Origin: a virus
Taxonomy: Duplodnaviria; Caudoviricetes
DNA: 64,000 nucleotides
Direction: 5' to 3' (one strand)
IMG/VR virus record: IMGVR_UViG_3300036783_000204
Span: 1 to 64,000 of that record
The notes under the pieces were generated by a model. It was not told the origin of the DNA and did not search any database. It saw only the letters and a program-made list of their open reading frames with translations. The translations under genes were made by a program, and so were the position numbers. Positions 35,146-44,410 of this stretch are shown in pieces (position 1 is the stretch's first letter; each line of letters begins with the position of its first letter).

Positions 35146-35648
35146 GCGCCCTCCTGGGCAGCGAGTTCGATGCGGGACGGGTGGAATGCCTTGATGGGGA
35201 CCCACTGCCCGCGCCGGTGACCGCGGCCGAGCTGACGGGCGCAGGGACGGCCAGCCACAGCGCGGCAGTGCGGGCACGTCACGGACATGGCGGGGTCGTG
35301 GGTGGTCTGCTGCTGAGTCCAGCCGAGCCTCTTGCCCAGTGCCGCGAGGACGTTGCGGACATGCTCAGGCTGCGCCGCGGGCTTCGGCGGGGCCTCGATC
35401 AGTTTCGCAGGGAGTGGGAGCTGACGCTGGGCCCGGATGTGCTGCGTGACGTGTGCTGGGCGCAGGTATTCCGTCGAGTTCGCGAAGTGCTCGAAGACGG
35501 CCTCGCGAGCTTCCTCGAAGGTCCACCTGCCGCGGACGGAGGACTCCTGCCACGCCATGATGTTGCCGTCGCCGGGTTTGCGGTTGTCGTAAGACACGAT
35601 GATGGCGAGGAGTGCACACGTTTCGGCTTCGTCTAGTCCGTACTCGAT
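35142..35648 (-). CDS. Helicase loader/inhibitor-like protein with C-terminal Zn finger (non-canonical start)
   Basis: ALLAIIVSYDNR...AW...AREAV...YLRPAHV; CPHC. Confidence 0.6.
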   Translation of the reverse strand: MEYGLDEAETCALLAIIVSYDNRKPGDGNIMAWQESSVRGRWTFEEAREAVFEHFANSTEYLRPAHVTQHIRAQRQLPLPAKLIEAPPKPAAQPEHVRNVLAALGKRLGWTQQQTTHDPAMSVTCPHCRAVAGRPCARQLGRGHRRGQWVPIKAFHPSRIELAAQEGA

Positions 35649-35654
35649 CCTGCG

Positions 35655-36488
35655 TCAGCCTCCTGCGGGTAGTTGCTTGATGTTCGCTGATTGACTCAAC
35701 CTCGCTGCGCGCTCCAGCAGGCTGTTCGAGGTGGCGTCAGATCCGTTCGTGCGCTGTCGTCCTTCGCGTTTTGCCTGCAACAGGAGCTTGTCGTACTGGG
35801 CACGAAACTTCGGCATCGACAGGATGTTCGACGCCCAGAAGTCATGGCTCGTAGCCCAGTCGATCAGTCGTTTCGCCTGCTGGAAGTCCCTTCCGTCGCG
35901 GTCGAGCATGAGCCTGGCGTCGGCACGCCACTTCGCCGTCACCGCGGCCTTCGCGCCGTTCGCGACGACGCGATCCCGAAGTCGCTCGCACAGCTCGTCG
36001 ACGTCCGGCCTCGCCGATTCCTGTCGAGGCGGCGAGCGAAGCGAGTCTTCTTGACCCCTGTCCCCTGATCCCTGAATCTCTGACACCTGTATAGCGCCAG
36101 ACTCGTCTAGATCGAATCTAGACTCGTCTAGATCAGTTCTGTACTCGTCTAGACTGCCGTCCGGCCCGGGGTGTTTCGGGTCACCCTTGAAGGCTCCGTA
36201 CTGGTGCTCGCTCCAGTTGGTGATCACCAGATACCGCTTGCCGTCCACCTCGTAGCGCACAATGCGCTGATGTTCGGCCAGCGTCGTGAGGTCGTCCTCA
36301 ATGTCCTTCAGTGACACGTCATCCAGGGGCCACACCGCGGCCTTGATGAGCTTCACGTTGTCGCGAGCGCGGCCGTGGTTGTCACAATGCGTCCACAGGC
36401 CGATCCATGTCAGGCGTGCACGTAATGGCAGCTCAGACACTGCTTCGCTGGTGAAGAACTCAGGCTTGATGTTTCGAATGCGGGCCAT
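35655..36488 (-). CDS. Phage replication initiator (lambda O-like)
   Basis: MARIRNIKPEFF...RLTWIGLW...FWASNILSMPKFRAQYD; internal iterons. Confidence 0.88.
   Translation of the reverse strand: MARIRNIKPEFFTSEAVSELPLRARLTWIGLWTHCDNHGRARDNVKLIKAAVWPLDDVSLKDIEDDLTTLAEHQRIVRYEVDGKRYLVITNWSEHQYGAFKGDPKHPGPDGSLDEYRTDLDESRFDLDESGAIQVSEIQGSGDRGQEDSLRSPPRQESARPDVDELCERLRDRVVANGAKAAVTAKWRADARLMLDRDGRDFQQAKRLIDWATSHDFWASNILSMPKFRAQYDKLLLQAKREGRQRTNGSDATSNSLLERAARLSQSANIKQLPAGG
36101..36153. repeat. Putative replication-origin iterons
   Basis: actcgtctaga at 36101, 36122, 36143 (21-bp period) inside rep. Confidence 0.8.
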
Positions 36489-37324
36489 CAGGAGGTGCCG
36501 CCATACCGCTCCGCAACGGAGCACACCGCAACACGACCAGCGTCACGTGCCCTGTCCTCAGCCTCCGTGCAACCCATACCCTCCTTCGCTGCTGTGTCGT
36601 AGGCCCCGTGGGCACACTGGGCGACCTCCCAGAGGAGCTTCGAGCCGAGCTTCACGTCGTCATCTGTGCCTCCCACGGCCTTCACCATGTTGCCCACCAC
36701 CATGTCGTCCAGGATCTCCAGCAAGGGAAAGGGCCACGGACCGGCGTGCACGTCGCCGTAGTCCTCCACGTTGATGGCGGTCTGTGCTTCCGCCTGGAGC
36801 GACGCTACGCGCTTCAGCGCTGAGCCGCATGCGTAGCGGAACTTGTTCTCAGGCAACACCTTCCCGGAAGTCATGGCAATCCGAACGCAGTCTCCGAGCA
36901 CCTCCATCGGCAGGCCGCCGAGAAGGATTCGATCGATCGAGTCGCGCCAGTCCGACGGCATGGGCGCATGGTCACCTTCGGGCATCCACCGCTGCCACAT
37001 TGCGAGAAAGGTGTTCCGCTGACTCTCGATACGCTCACGATCGGCCAGCATGCGCTGCCCTGCGTACTCGATGGCTTGGCGCCACCGCAGGGCGTCCGCA
37101 GCGACGTCGTCCACCGTCGCATCATCGGGAGCCGAGGCAGACTTTCCCGTATTGCAGTCATAACAGGCGGCTGCAAGGTTCGATGGCTCGTCACTGCCAC
37201 CGAGGGCGACCGGTACCACGTGATCCACCGCGAGCGGAGCGGCAGACGCCGCCGTTCCGCAGTAGCGACACGTGTGGTTGTCCCGCCGCAGAACTTCATA
37301 CCGAAGACGCTTCGTGACCGCCAC
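36488..37324 (-). CDS. HNH endonuclease
   Basis: RYEVLRRDNHTCRYCG...VDHVVP...SNLAAACYDCNTGK. Confidence 0.92.
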   Translation of the reverse strand: MAVTKRLRYEVLRRDNHTCRYCGTAASAAPLAVDHVVPVALGGSDEPSNLAAACYDCNTGKSASAPDDATVDDVAADALRWRQAIEYAGQRMLADRERIESQRNTFLAMWQRWMPEGDHAPMPSDWRDSIDRILLGGLPMEVLGDCVRIAMTSGKVLPENKFRYACGSALKRVASLQAEAQTAINVEDYGDVHAGPWPFPLLEILDDMVVGNMVKAVGGTDDDVKLGSKLLWEVAQCAHGAYDTAAKEGMGCTEAEDRARDAGRVAVCSVAERYGGTS

Positions 37325-37359
37325 AGCGGGACCCTCCCTTCACATGACCTACTGACGGT

Positions 37360-38160
37360 TCAGCCTTCGGCGGAGCGCCACTCCGGGATCTTCTTGGTGC
37401 GGCGGCCCTTGTTCACCAGTGCGACAAGGACTTCCGCCATTGCGTTCGCGACGCTGTCTGCGCGCAACTTCTTCAGCTGCCGCGCATCGCCGATGACGCC
37501 GACCGGGCCGCCGTCGTGGCCTGCCAGCTCGACGGTGAGCTTGCGCAGGTCGAGCTGGTCCCCGTAGCGCAGGGCGGTGAGGCCCACGCCCTTCACGAGT
37601 TCCGCGCGGACCCCGTCCGGGTCGTGGCCGTAGGCGGTGGTCAGGACGTTGAGGGTGACGTCGCAGGCTTCGGGGTTCACCGGCTCCCACTGGACCGCGC
37701 CGTCGTACACCCATTCGAGGGCGGCGACAGCGAGGAAGTAGCCGCGACCGGAGGCGCCGTTCACGGTCCAGCCGTGCCGGTTGAGGATGGTGCTGAGCGC
37801 GATGGCCTTCTTGTCGCCTTCGACCACGCGGATCATGAACTTCGTGACCGGGCGGACCTGCTTGGTGTCGTTGTACAGGCGGAAAAGGGCGGCTTCCTCG
37901 GCCAGGGTCAGGTCCTGGAAGACCTTGCAGTCGATCCCCTCGTTGCCGTTGCCTGCTTCCTTCATGGCGGCGACCCGGGTCTGGCCGTCGATGACGTGGT
38001 AGGTGCCGTCCTCGCGGGTGGACACGATGATGGTGCCGAGTGCTTCCCGGTTCAGGTTCTCCGCCATCGACCGCACTCGCTTGGGGTCGACGCTGCGCTG
38101 GACACGGAAGTCGACGGTGAGATGGTCGACGCGAAGCTGCTTCAGTTGTGGTGACTTCAT
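37360..38160 (-). CDS. ParB/Srx-fold DGQ-motif protein (DUF6551-like)
   Basis: VQRSVD...YHVIDGQTRVAA. Confidence 0.75.
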   Translation of the reverse strand: MKSPQLKQLRVDHLTVDFRVQRSVDPKRVRSMAENLNREALGTIIVSTREDGTYHVIDGQTRVAAMKEAGNGNEGIDCKVFQDLTLAEEAALFRLYNDTKQVRPVTKFMIRVVEGDKKAIALSTILNRHGWTVNGASGRGYFLAVAALEWVYDGAVQWEPVNPEACDVTLNVLTTAYGHDPDGVRAELVKGVGLTALRYGDQLDLRKLTVELAGHDGGPVGVIGDARQLKKLRADSVANAMAEVLVALVNKGRRTKKIPEWRSAEG

Positions 38161-39023
38161 GGCTGCTGCTTTCCTTCGTTGAGTTGGTACTTGATGAGCT
38201 TCCGGATTCGGTAGAGGGCCTTGCCTCCTTTCGCGAGGGCTCGGTACCAGGTGAAGAGGTCGTCCTGAGCGATGTCGGCCTCGATAGCGGTGATGGGCTT
38301 GAGGGCGAGGTCGATTCCGCCCATGTCGAGGGCGATGCGCTGGAGGGAGTCCTTGCCCAGGACGTTCGGTTCCTTGGCGTTGCGGACGCGGCGGGGAACA
38401 ACGGGTGGTGGCAGCGGCGGTCGCGCCTTCGGGTTCTCGGCGTAGCGGGGGTTCACTCCGCTCTCCACGCGGTCGGCGAACGCGTCCTGCTTCTTGGACG
38501 GCTGCGAGGCAACGCGGTCCGCTGTGGACAGTGGCACCCGGCCTTCCTCGACGAGCTTGTTGAGGTGCTCGGTGCCGGTGTGCTGGATGCGGCGGGCACG
38601 CTCCAGGGCGGTGCGGGAGACGTTGAACATCTGTGCGGCTTCCGAACGTGTGGGCGGCCGGTGATAAAAGGCTTCAGCTGAAGCCTTTACCGGCAAACGC
38701 CCTGGCAGGCGGTCCGCGAGCTTGCCCGCGATCACCGCTCGTTGCGCGTCGGTGAGGTGGCGCCGGTGCAGGTTGGTGCTCACGACATACCGCCACGGGT
38801 CACCCTTGTAGGTGGCGTACCGCGGTTCGACTCCAGCCTGTTCGCAGGCGAGCAGCCGGTTCCGGCCGTCGAGGAGTGCGCCGTCCTGGTCGGTGGTGAT
38901 GCTCTCCAGGAGCCCGTTCTCCTTGATGTCCGCGACCAATTCGGCGAGCGCCTCCGCCGTCATCATGGGGAAGATCTCGGCGGCCGGGTGGACCTTCACG
39001 TAGTCCGGCAGTACCGCAGTCAC
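38157..39023 (-). CDS. ParB N-terminal-like protein with HTH
   Basis: HPAAEIFP...DIKENGL...LDGRNRL...NLHRRHLT; AAQMFNVSR. Confidence 0.85.
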   Translation of the reverse strand: MTAVLPDYVKVHPAAEIFPMMTAEALAELVADIKENGLLESITTDQDGALLDGRNRLLACEQAGVEPRYATYKGDPWRYVVSTNLHRRHLTDAQRAVIAGKLADRLPGRLPVKASAEAFYHRPPTRSEAAQMFNVSRTALERARRIQHTGTEHLNKLVEEGRVPLSTADRVASQPSKKQDAFADRVESGVNPRYAENPKARPPLPPPVVPRRVRNAKEPNVLGKDSLQRIALDMGGIDLALKPITAIEADIAQDDLFTWYRALAKGGKALYRIRKLIKYQLNEGKQQP

Positions 39024-39430
39024 GCGAGGCCCCTTTCGTAGATCGTCTCCGCCTGGAGTGAGCCCACAACGTCGGGCATGTCGACGGGATGCAGTGAGCC
39101 GTCGTCGTGCAGCCACACGTAGCAGCGCCCATGGCTCGTCCAGAGCCACGCAGGCATCGCCTTGGGGTCGATGGCCTGCCGGACGCTCCAGCCGTTGGCG
39201 TAGGCCGTCTGAGGCTGGAGGTGAATGACTGTGTGGCAGCCACGACAGACGTCCAGCCCATTGGACGCCGACCAGTCGCCGCCCTGCGAGCGGTTCTTGC
39301 GGTGCTGCCAATCGACAGCTGGTCGAATGCGGCAGATCTCGCAACGTCCACCCGACCGGACGCTCACCAAGTGGCGCGCCAGAACCTGGGCGGCCGACCT
39401 GCGAGGCGCACCCCGCTTCAGCCCCGTCAT
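39020..39430 (-). CDS. HNH endonuclease
   Basis: RSGGRCEIC...HRKNRSQGG...SNGLDVCRGCH. Confidence 0.85.
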   Translation of the reverse strand: MTGLKRGAPRRSAAQVLARHLVSVRSGGRCEICRIRPAVDWQHRKNRSQGGDWSASNGLDVCRGCHTVIHLQPQTAYANGWSVRQAIDPKAMPAWLWTSHGRCYVWLHDDGSLHPVDMPDVVGSLQAETIYERGLA

Positions 39431-39810
39431 TCGCACGCCGCCTCCACGTCGCCGTCGACGAGATCCGCGAGGGTTCGCTGCGCCAGTCGAATGTCGCGCA
39501 GCGCCTGCGATGCGCCGGAGGTCTGGCGCGTGACCTGTTTGGTCAACGTTGCGACCCGTTCGCGAAGCTCGGTGTTCTCCTTCAGCAACTCGCCTGTTGC
39601 AGCCCGCCGGTAGACCTCGCGATGCGTCGGACACGGGCAGCACGCGTCGGGATAGTGGGCACGCAAAGCCTCGTGCTCGTCGACGATCTGGCGGGCGATC
39701 TCCGGTTGCAGCGCAGTGAAGATGGGCTCATCGTCAAACGGGGCAACGTTTTCGGCGTATCCATGGACGCTGTAGTGCGTTCCGACGCGCCAGGCGCGAG
39801 TGTCGTTCAT
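39427..39810 (-). CDS. Coiled-coil hypothetical protein
   Basis: Coupled ORF. Confidence 0.6.
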   Translation of the reverse strand: MNDTRAWRVGTHYSVHGYAENVAPFDDEPIFTALQPEIARQIVDEHEALRAHYPDACCPCPTHREVYRRAATGELLKENTELRERVATLTKQVTRQTSGASQALRDIRLAQRTLADLVDGDVEAACE

Positions 39811-39831
39811 GCCTACCTCCCTTGGTATGCG

Positions 39832-40197
39832 TCAGATTCCTGCGTTTCCTTCGGCATGCATCCGGTCGACGTCGCGAGCGTTGACGACCATCGTTCGGCC
39901 GTTGGCGTTCTGGGTGTTCAGCTGCTTCAGCTGCTCCTTGGCAGCGTCGGCCTTTGCCGCTGCGACAAGGCGTTCCAGGTACAGCCGCGCCACCTCTGGG
40001 TCAGCTTCGGCCTCGGTTTCCGCCGTGGCATGGGAAACCCGCTCACCCTCGGCCTTGGCGCGCAGGATTGCCCGTGCCCTGGCCGACTTGTGCGACGCCT
40101 CCGCTTCCGCCGCCGCGATAGCGATGGCTTCGTAGTCCGTCGCACGGATCTGGTACTGACGAGACACATTTCCGAGGTGGTCGACAGGATCGGTCAT
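39832..40197 (-). CDS. Helical hypothetical protein
   Basis: Ala-rich coiled coil. Confidence 0.65.
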   Translation of the reverse strand: MTDPVDHLGNVSRQYQIRATDYEAIAIAAAEAEASHKSARARAILRAKAEGERVSHATAETEAEADPEVARLYLERLVAAAKADAAKEQLKQLNTQNANGRTMVVNARDVDRMHAEGNAGI

Positions 40198-40412
40198 GTT
40201 CCACCGGTGTTGTCGTTCTCGAAGAGGTCGTCGATCGGGCAGCCGAGCGCATGCGCGAGAGCGTCCAGGGAGTCGGCGCGCGGGACCCAGCGCCCCCTTT
40301 CGTAGCCCACCACGGAATAGACGCTCAGGTCGCTCTCGACCGCGAGCCTTTCCTGCCGCATCCCTGCGGCATAACGCTTTTCTCGAAGAATTCGGGGCGA
40401 AAACCTCTTCAT
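40194..40412 (-). CDS. XRE-family HTH protein
   Basis: LREKRYAAGMRQERLA...YERGRWVP...LAHALGC. Confidence 0.85.
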   Translation of the reverse strand: MKRFSPRILREKRYAAGMRQERLAVESDLSVYSVVGYERGRWVPRADSLDALAHALGCPIDDLFENDNTGGT

Positions 40413-40648
40413 GCTCGGTCGACCTCCGTGTCGTCCTCCGGGGAGAGGATCACCATCCCGCGCGGCACGTTCGAGTCCCGGCGCAGGAAGCCGAGCATCT
40501 CCAGCGTTCTCAAGTGGTGATGTACCGATGACGACGAGCGCAGCTTCACGCCATCGGCGATTTCCCTTACGCTGGGCGGATATCCCACCGATTTCACATA
40601 GGCCCGAATGAAGTGCAGGACGTGCCGCTGCGTCTGCGTCAGGAGCAT
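40409..40648 (-). CDS. LexA-like DNA-binding domain only
   Basis: GYPPSVREIADGVKLRSSSSVHHHLRTLE..GFLRR..NVPRG; no peptidase domain. Confidence 0.88.
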   Translation of the reverse strand: MLLTQTQRHVLHFIRAYVKSVGYPPSVREIADGVKLRSSSSVHHHLRTLEMLGFLRRDSNVPRGMVILSPEDDTEVDRA

Positions 40649-41298
40649 TCCGCCTCCCGGCGTAGGCCGTGGGCCTTCAGGTCGGTCAGATATCCGACCA
40701 GGACATCGGCGGGCGCATCCCGGATGTTCTGCTTGGTGCGTTCCTCGAAGTCACCCATGATGTCCCGCAGAGGGATGTGCTTTGCCGTGGCAACGTTCCG
40801 GATCTGTGTGCGAACAAGCTCCGCTTCGTCGTCGATCTGGGGTTCGCGTTCGGCGAGGTGTTCCTCCTTGCCTCGTTCGTGGTGGTCGTGATCGGGATCG
40901 CGGTCGTCGGTCGGCAGGCACAGCGCCTGAATGAGGGCGATGCGGTAGGCCACACTCATAGCCTTGGCGGTGCCCTTGTCCGAGGTGTCCATCGATTCCC
41001 CGGGGACCTGCACGTCGAGGAAGTCGCCCGCGGGGCCACAGAAGCGATACGTGACCAGCACGGTGCATTCGCGTGACGGCTTGCCTGTTGCGGTCTTCAC
41101 GTCGCGGTAGCGAGCTTCGGCAGCATGTGGCACCACGACGACGCGGTGCTTGCGCAGCGCCGGACCGACGGCGTTGATGACAGAGTCGATGCCGCGGAAG
41201 TCGAAGCCCTGCGCCGAGTTCCGGTCGTTCTTCGCCACGGATCGAACCTCAACCATGACGTCGGCGAGGAGTTCGTGAACCGGCTTGTGTTCCATCAC
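40639..41298 (-). CDS. erf: ERF-family single-strand annealing recombinase
   Basis: QGFDFRGID...GESMDTSDKGTAKAMSVAYR. Confidence 0.9.
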   Translation of the reverse strand: MMEHKPVHELLADVMVEVRSVAKNDRNSAQGFDFRGIDSVINAVGPALRKHRVVVVPHAAEARYRDVKTATGKPSRECTVLVTYRFCGPAGDFLDVQVPGESMDTSDKGTAKAMSVAYRIALIQALCLPTDDRDPDHDHHERGKEEHLAEREPQIDDEAELVRTQIRNVATAKHIPLRDIMGDFEERTKQNIRDAPADVLVGYLTDLKAHGLRREAECS

Positions 41299-41738
41299 TC
41301 GCCGTCCAGCAGGAGCGGGCCCGCGAGTTCCTGCCAGCGTTCAGCGACGACCTTTTCGTAGCCGCGTTCGGACCGGAAGGAGATGTAGGGGTTGCCGAGG
41401 CGAAGTTCGATGCCGGGGACGATCTCGCCGGTGGCGGGGTCGACCGGCTGACCGTAGGAGCGGGTCGCGACGAAGATCTTCTCTTGGAAGGCGGGTGCGA
41501 CGGATTCAACGATCTCGGTGGGGTAGTTCTTCTTCACCCACCGGCGGAACGCCTGCTCGTCGACGACGGCCGGTGTCTGGTTGCCGCGCGACTTGGAGAC
41601 CTTTCCCAGCCGGGTTCCGTCGTCCAGCGTGGCGGCCTTGGAATCGCCCTCGTCCAGCGCGTGAAGGAAGTCCGCTGAAAGGACTCCTTCGACTTCCCTG
41701 ATCCTGTGCTTGAGTGCTCGCAGTACTGCTAGCTTCAC
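41295..41738 (-). CDS. Hypothetical protein (recombination module)
   Basis: VDPATGEIVPGI. Confidence 0.7.
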   Translation of the reverse strand: MKLAVLRALKHRIREVEGVLSADFLHALDEGDSKAATLDDGTRLGKVSKSRGNQTPAVVDEQAFRRWVKKNYPTEIVESVAPAFQEKIFVATRSYGQPVDPATGEIVPGIELRLGNPYISFRSERGYEKVVAERWQELAGPLLLDGE

Positions 41739-41807
41739 TGCCGCGTCGCGCGTATATATCCCTGCCGTGCTGGTCGTGGGCGGAGGACGTGGCCGTCCGT
41801 TGTGGAC

Positions 41808-42086
41808 TTACTTGTCGAAGGGAAGCGGGGTCTTGCCGGTGCGTTCCGCGTGGCGCCACAGGAGAAGCTCGTGCGCGCTCTTCCATCCGGCTGTGTCGCA
41901 GGGAAGTGCCTCGGCTTCGCGGATGCGTGCCGTGACGACGACCCTTCCGTTGGCGTGCGCGGTGACCTTGGACCGGTCCACGAGCAGGACGACCATGTGC
42001 CCCTGCTCAGGATTGTCCAGCAGGGCCTCTTCGATCTCATCGAGCCCGTGGTCAGCTGGGAGCACTCCGGAAAGCTGTAGTGGCAT
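41808..42086 (-). CDS. Hypothetical protein
   Basis: RBS aaggag, ATG. Confidence 0.6.
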   Translation of the reverse strand: MPLQLSGVLPADHGLDEIEEALLDNPEQGHMVVLLVDRSKVTAHANGRVVVTARIREAEALPCDTAGWKSAHELLLWRHAERTGKTPLPFDK

Positions 42087-42142
42087 GGGAACTCCTTCAG
42101 GCGGGGTGGGGCGCAGTGTCGGGATGCGCCCCACCCCGGGTC

Positions 42143-42529
42143 TTAGCCAGCTGCTGCCAGCTTGGACAGTGAGAACGCATGGGCGGCGGAGACGAACAGG
42201 GGTCCCTCTCGCGTGAGCCGCTGGTTCCCGCGTTGCAGGAGATCGAACGCCTCCTGGTGTGTCATCGACGTCCAAGCCTGAACCGACACGTGGTCGATTA
42301 GGATGGTGGTGGCAACCTTCACGGCGGCGGTTCCCTCGGTGAATGCCAGGGGCGTGTCGAACCGAACCGACCACGCGATGACCTCGTCGAGCTTCAGGAA
42401 GTGCATCCGCACCCCCGTCGTCCCGTCTCCGCGGATTTCCGTGCTGTGCGGCCGGGGCAGCTCGGCGAAGTCCGCGAGGACGTCACGGAACGCCTGGGCC
42501 CGCTCAGGAAGGACGTCGAGGATGTTCAC
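42143..42529 (-). CDS. Hypothetical protein
   Basis: GTGA coupling. Confidence 0.6.
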   Translation of the reverse strand: MNILDVLPERAQAFRDVLADFAELPRPHSTEIRGDGTTGVRMHFLKLDEVIAWSVRFDTPLAFTEGTAAVKVATTILIDHVSVQAWTSMTHQEAFDLLQRGNQRLTREGPLFVSAAHAFSLSKLAAAG

Positions 42530-43302
42530 GCTGTGGCCAGATCCTTGACGTCGGCCGCCTTGGCGGAGCCCGCCGTGAGGGCGACCCACTCGTCGATCGC
42601 GCGATGCGCGGCGGTCATCGCCGCTTCAGCCCGCTGGAGCTTCAGGAGGTGGCGCCCACCCACGTCTTCTACGTACTGAACCCCGGCCCCCTCGATGACG
42701 TCCCGGTGACGCTGCTGGGTGTAGCTGTTGAACTCATAGAGCCCTGCAATGTGCGCGGTGAACGGGAAGGTCGTCGTCACCAGGTCATTGCGCTTCGTGG
42801 CATGCGCCACCGTGGCCAGGACGGAGTGCACAAGCAGGGGTCGCGTCCCAGTCAGGGGATATGGGTCGCACACGGCAGGCCGGTTCAGGGCGTGCTCCAG
42901 GGCGACCCGACGTGCAGCCCGCACATTCTCGGCCCTGGCGGAGTACACATCCTCGTCACGGAGAAGGTGCGCGACCCACTGCCATCCCTGCTGGAACGTC
43001 AGCTGCGGCAGGTTGACGGTCCGCAGCGCCAGCCTCAGCACCTTCACCGAGCACGGCGGGCACAGCGCGCTGACGGTGCAGCCCGTGTCCGGGTCTTCCT
43101 CGCGGACGAGGTGAGTGCAGTACTTGTCGTTCACCGACTGGACCATGAGCGCCAGGGGACGCGGTGTGCAGCTGGGCGTGTCGGAGATGACCTTTTCCCC
43201 CTGCACGAAGGACACGATGTTCATCGCGCAGAGGAACGTCTTACTGGTCGAGTGGGTGCCGACGGCGAGGCGGGGCGGGTGGTCGAACTGTCGGGCAGTC
43301 AT
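42526..43302 (-). CDS. Cys-containing hypothetical protein
   Basis: CAMNIVSFVQGE...SDTPSC; CPPC. Confidence 0.65.
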   Translation of the reverse strand: MTARQFDHPPRLAVGTHSTSKTFLCAMNIVSFVQGEKVISDTPSCTPRPLALMVQSVNDKYCTHLVREEDPDTGCTVSALCPPCSVKVLRLALRTVNLPQLTFQQGWQWVAHLLRDEDVYSARAENVRAARRVALEHALNRPAVCDPYPLTGTRPLLVHSVLATVAHATKRNDLVTTTFPFTAHIAGLYEFNSYTQQRHRDVIEGAGVQYVEDVGGRHLLKLQRAEAAMTAAHRAIDEWVALTAGSAKAADVKDLATA

Positions 43303-43535
43303 GAGGTGTGCTCCTTCATGATGTTTCCACTGTCCCCTGTGGACAGAGGGTGTTCCATATACCAGCCGGTGGCGTTGTGTACCGCCACGAAGCGGGCCTC
43401 GGTGTTGCGGTGGTGGTTGCGCTTGATGGCGTCCCGGTAGGACTCGGGGAGCCGGTACCAGCAGGGCTTGCAGGCGAAGCGTCGTCGGGCTACCTGGGTG
43501 CCGCACCCGCCTGGACATTCACTGGTGCGCTGCAC
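43299..43535 (-). CDS. Small Zn-finger protein
   Basis: CPGGC...ACKPCWYRLP. Confidence 0.65.
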   Translation of the reverse strand: MQRTSECPGGCGTQVARRRFACKPCWYRLPESYRDAIKRNHHRNTEARFVAVHNATGWYMEHPLSTGDSGNIMKEHTS

Positions 43536-43569
43536 GAAGCGATCCCTCCGTCGATGTGGGCGCCGGGCA

Positions 43570-43929
43570 TCAGCTTCCGTAGTACGGAGCCGGGTCGGTC
43601 GCGATCTCCTCGGGCTCGACGCGCGCGGGAGCGTCTTCTTCGTCGCCGCGCTCGTCTTCCTCGTCGGCGGGCTGATCCTCCGCGGTGGGCTCGGTGTCGT
43701 CGTCGTCGGACTCCTCGTCGGACTCCTCGTCATCGACGGGGACGTCCTCCAAGGGCGTCAGGACGACCGGCCACGTCTGCGCCCGCAGGCCATCCACGAG
43801 GGCGGCGAGAACGGTCAGGAGGTCGTTGAACTCCTTGGTGTCCCTGTCCGGGACCAGGATGTCGCCGAGGTGCTCCGGCTCAGGGATGTCGGCGACCTCG
43901 ATCGGGGGGAAGGCGATGGCCATGGCCAT
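43570..43929 (-). CDS. Highly acidic protein
   Basis: DDEESDEESDDDD tract. Confidence 0.65.
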   Translation of the reverse strand: MAMAIAFPPIEVADIPEPEHLGDILVPDRDTKEFNDLLTVLAALVDGLRAQTWPVVLTPLEDVPVDDEESDEESDDDDTEPTAEDQPADEEDERGDEEDAPARVEPEEIATDPAPYYGS

Positions 43930-43946
43930 GTTCACGGTCTCTCTTT

Positions 43947-44159
43947 CTAGGTGAACCAGATGACGATGAGGCTGGCCATCAGGGCCAGCAGAAGCACTCC
44001 GGACGCGATGGCCATTCGGAGGGCCACTTGTCCGATGGGAGTGAAGGCCGCGTCGATGCACATCAGGCGGATGCGGTCGAGCTGCCGGAGGCGTTCCCGC
44101 GCGTACTCCCGGATCTGTTCGAGCGGGACGGGTCGGGCATGTTTGCCCCGCTCGGTCAC
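43947..44159 (-). CDS. Small protein with C-terminal TM
   Basis: GTGA coupling. Confidence 0.55.
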   Translation of the reverse strand: MTERGKHARPVPLEQIREYARERLRQLDRIRLMCIDAAFTPIGQVALRMAIASGVLLLALMASLIVIWFT

Positions 44160-44353
44160 AGGTACCGTCGGACGCGCTTGGGGCATGCGGAGTGCCGGGG
44201 GGTGTAGTTGCCCTGGCCCAGGCCCTCGATAGGGTCGGTGGGGACGCCGGGGTGTAGCCGTTGCCAGAGGACGTCCACGGAGTAAATGCCTGGCGTCCCC
44301 AGGCGGCCACGATGCTGGCCGTACTGCCTCGGGGGTTTCGTGCTGGTGGTCAA
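44156..44353 (-). CDS. Small hypothetical protein
   Basis: RBS aggag. Confidence 0.5.
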   Translation of the reverse strand: MTTSTKPPRQYGQHRGRLGTPGIYSVDVLWQRLHPGVPTDPIEGLGQGNYTPRHSACPKRVRRYL

Positions 44354-44410
44354 GCCATCTGATGCTCCTGAGGGTCGTCACGGGTCGGGCGCTGGTCACG
44401 CAGCGCCCGA

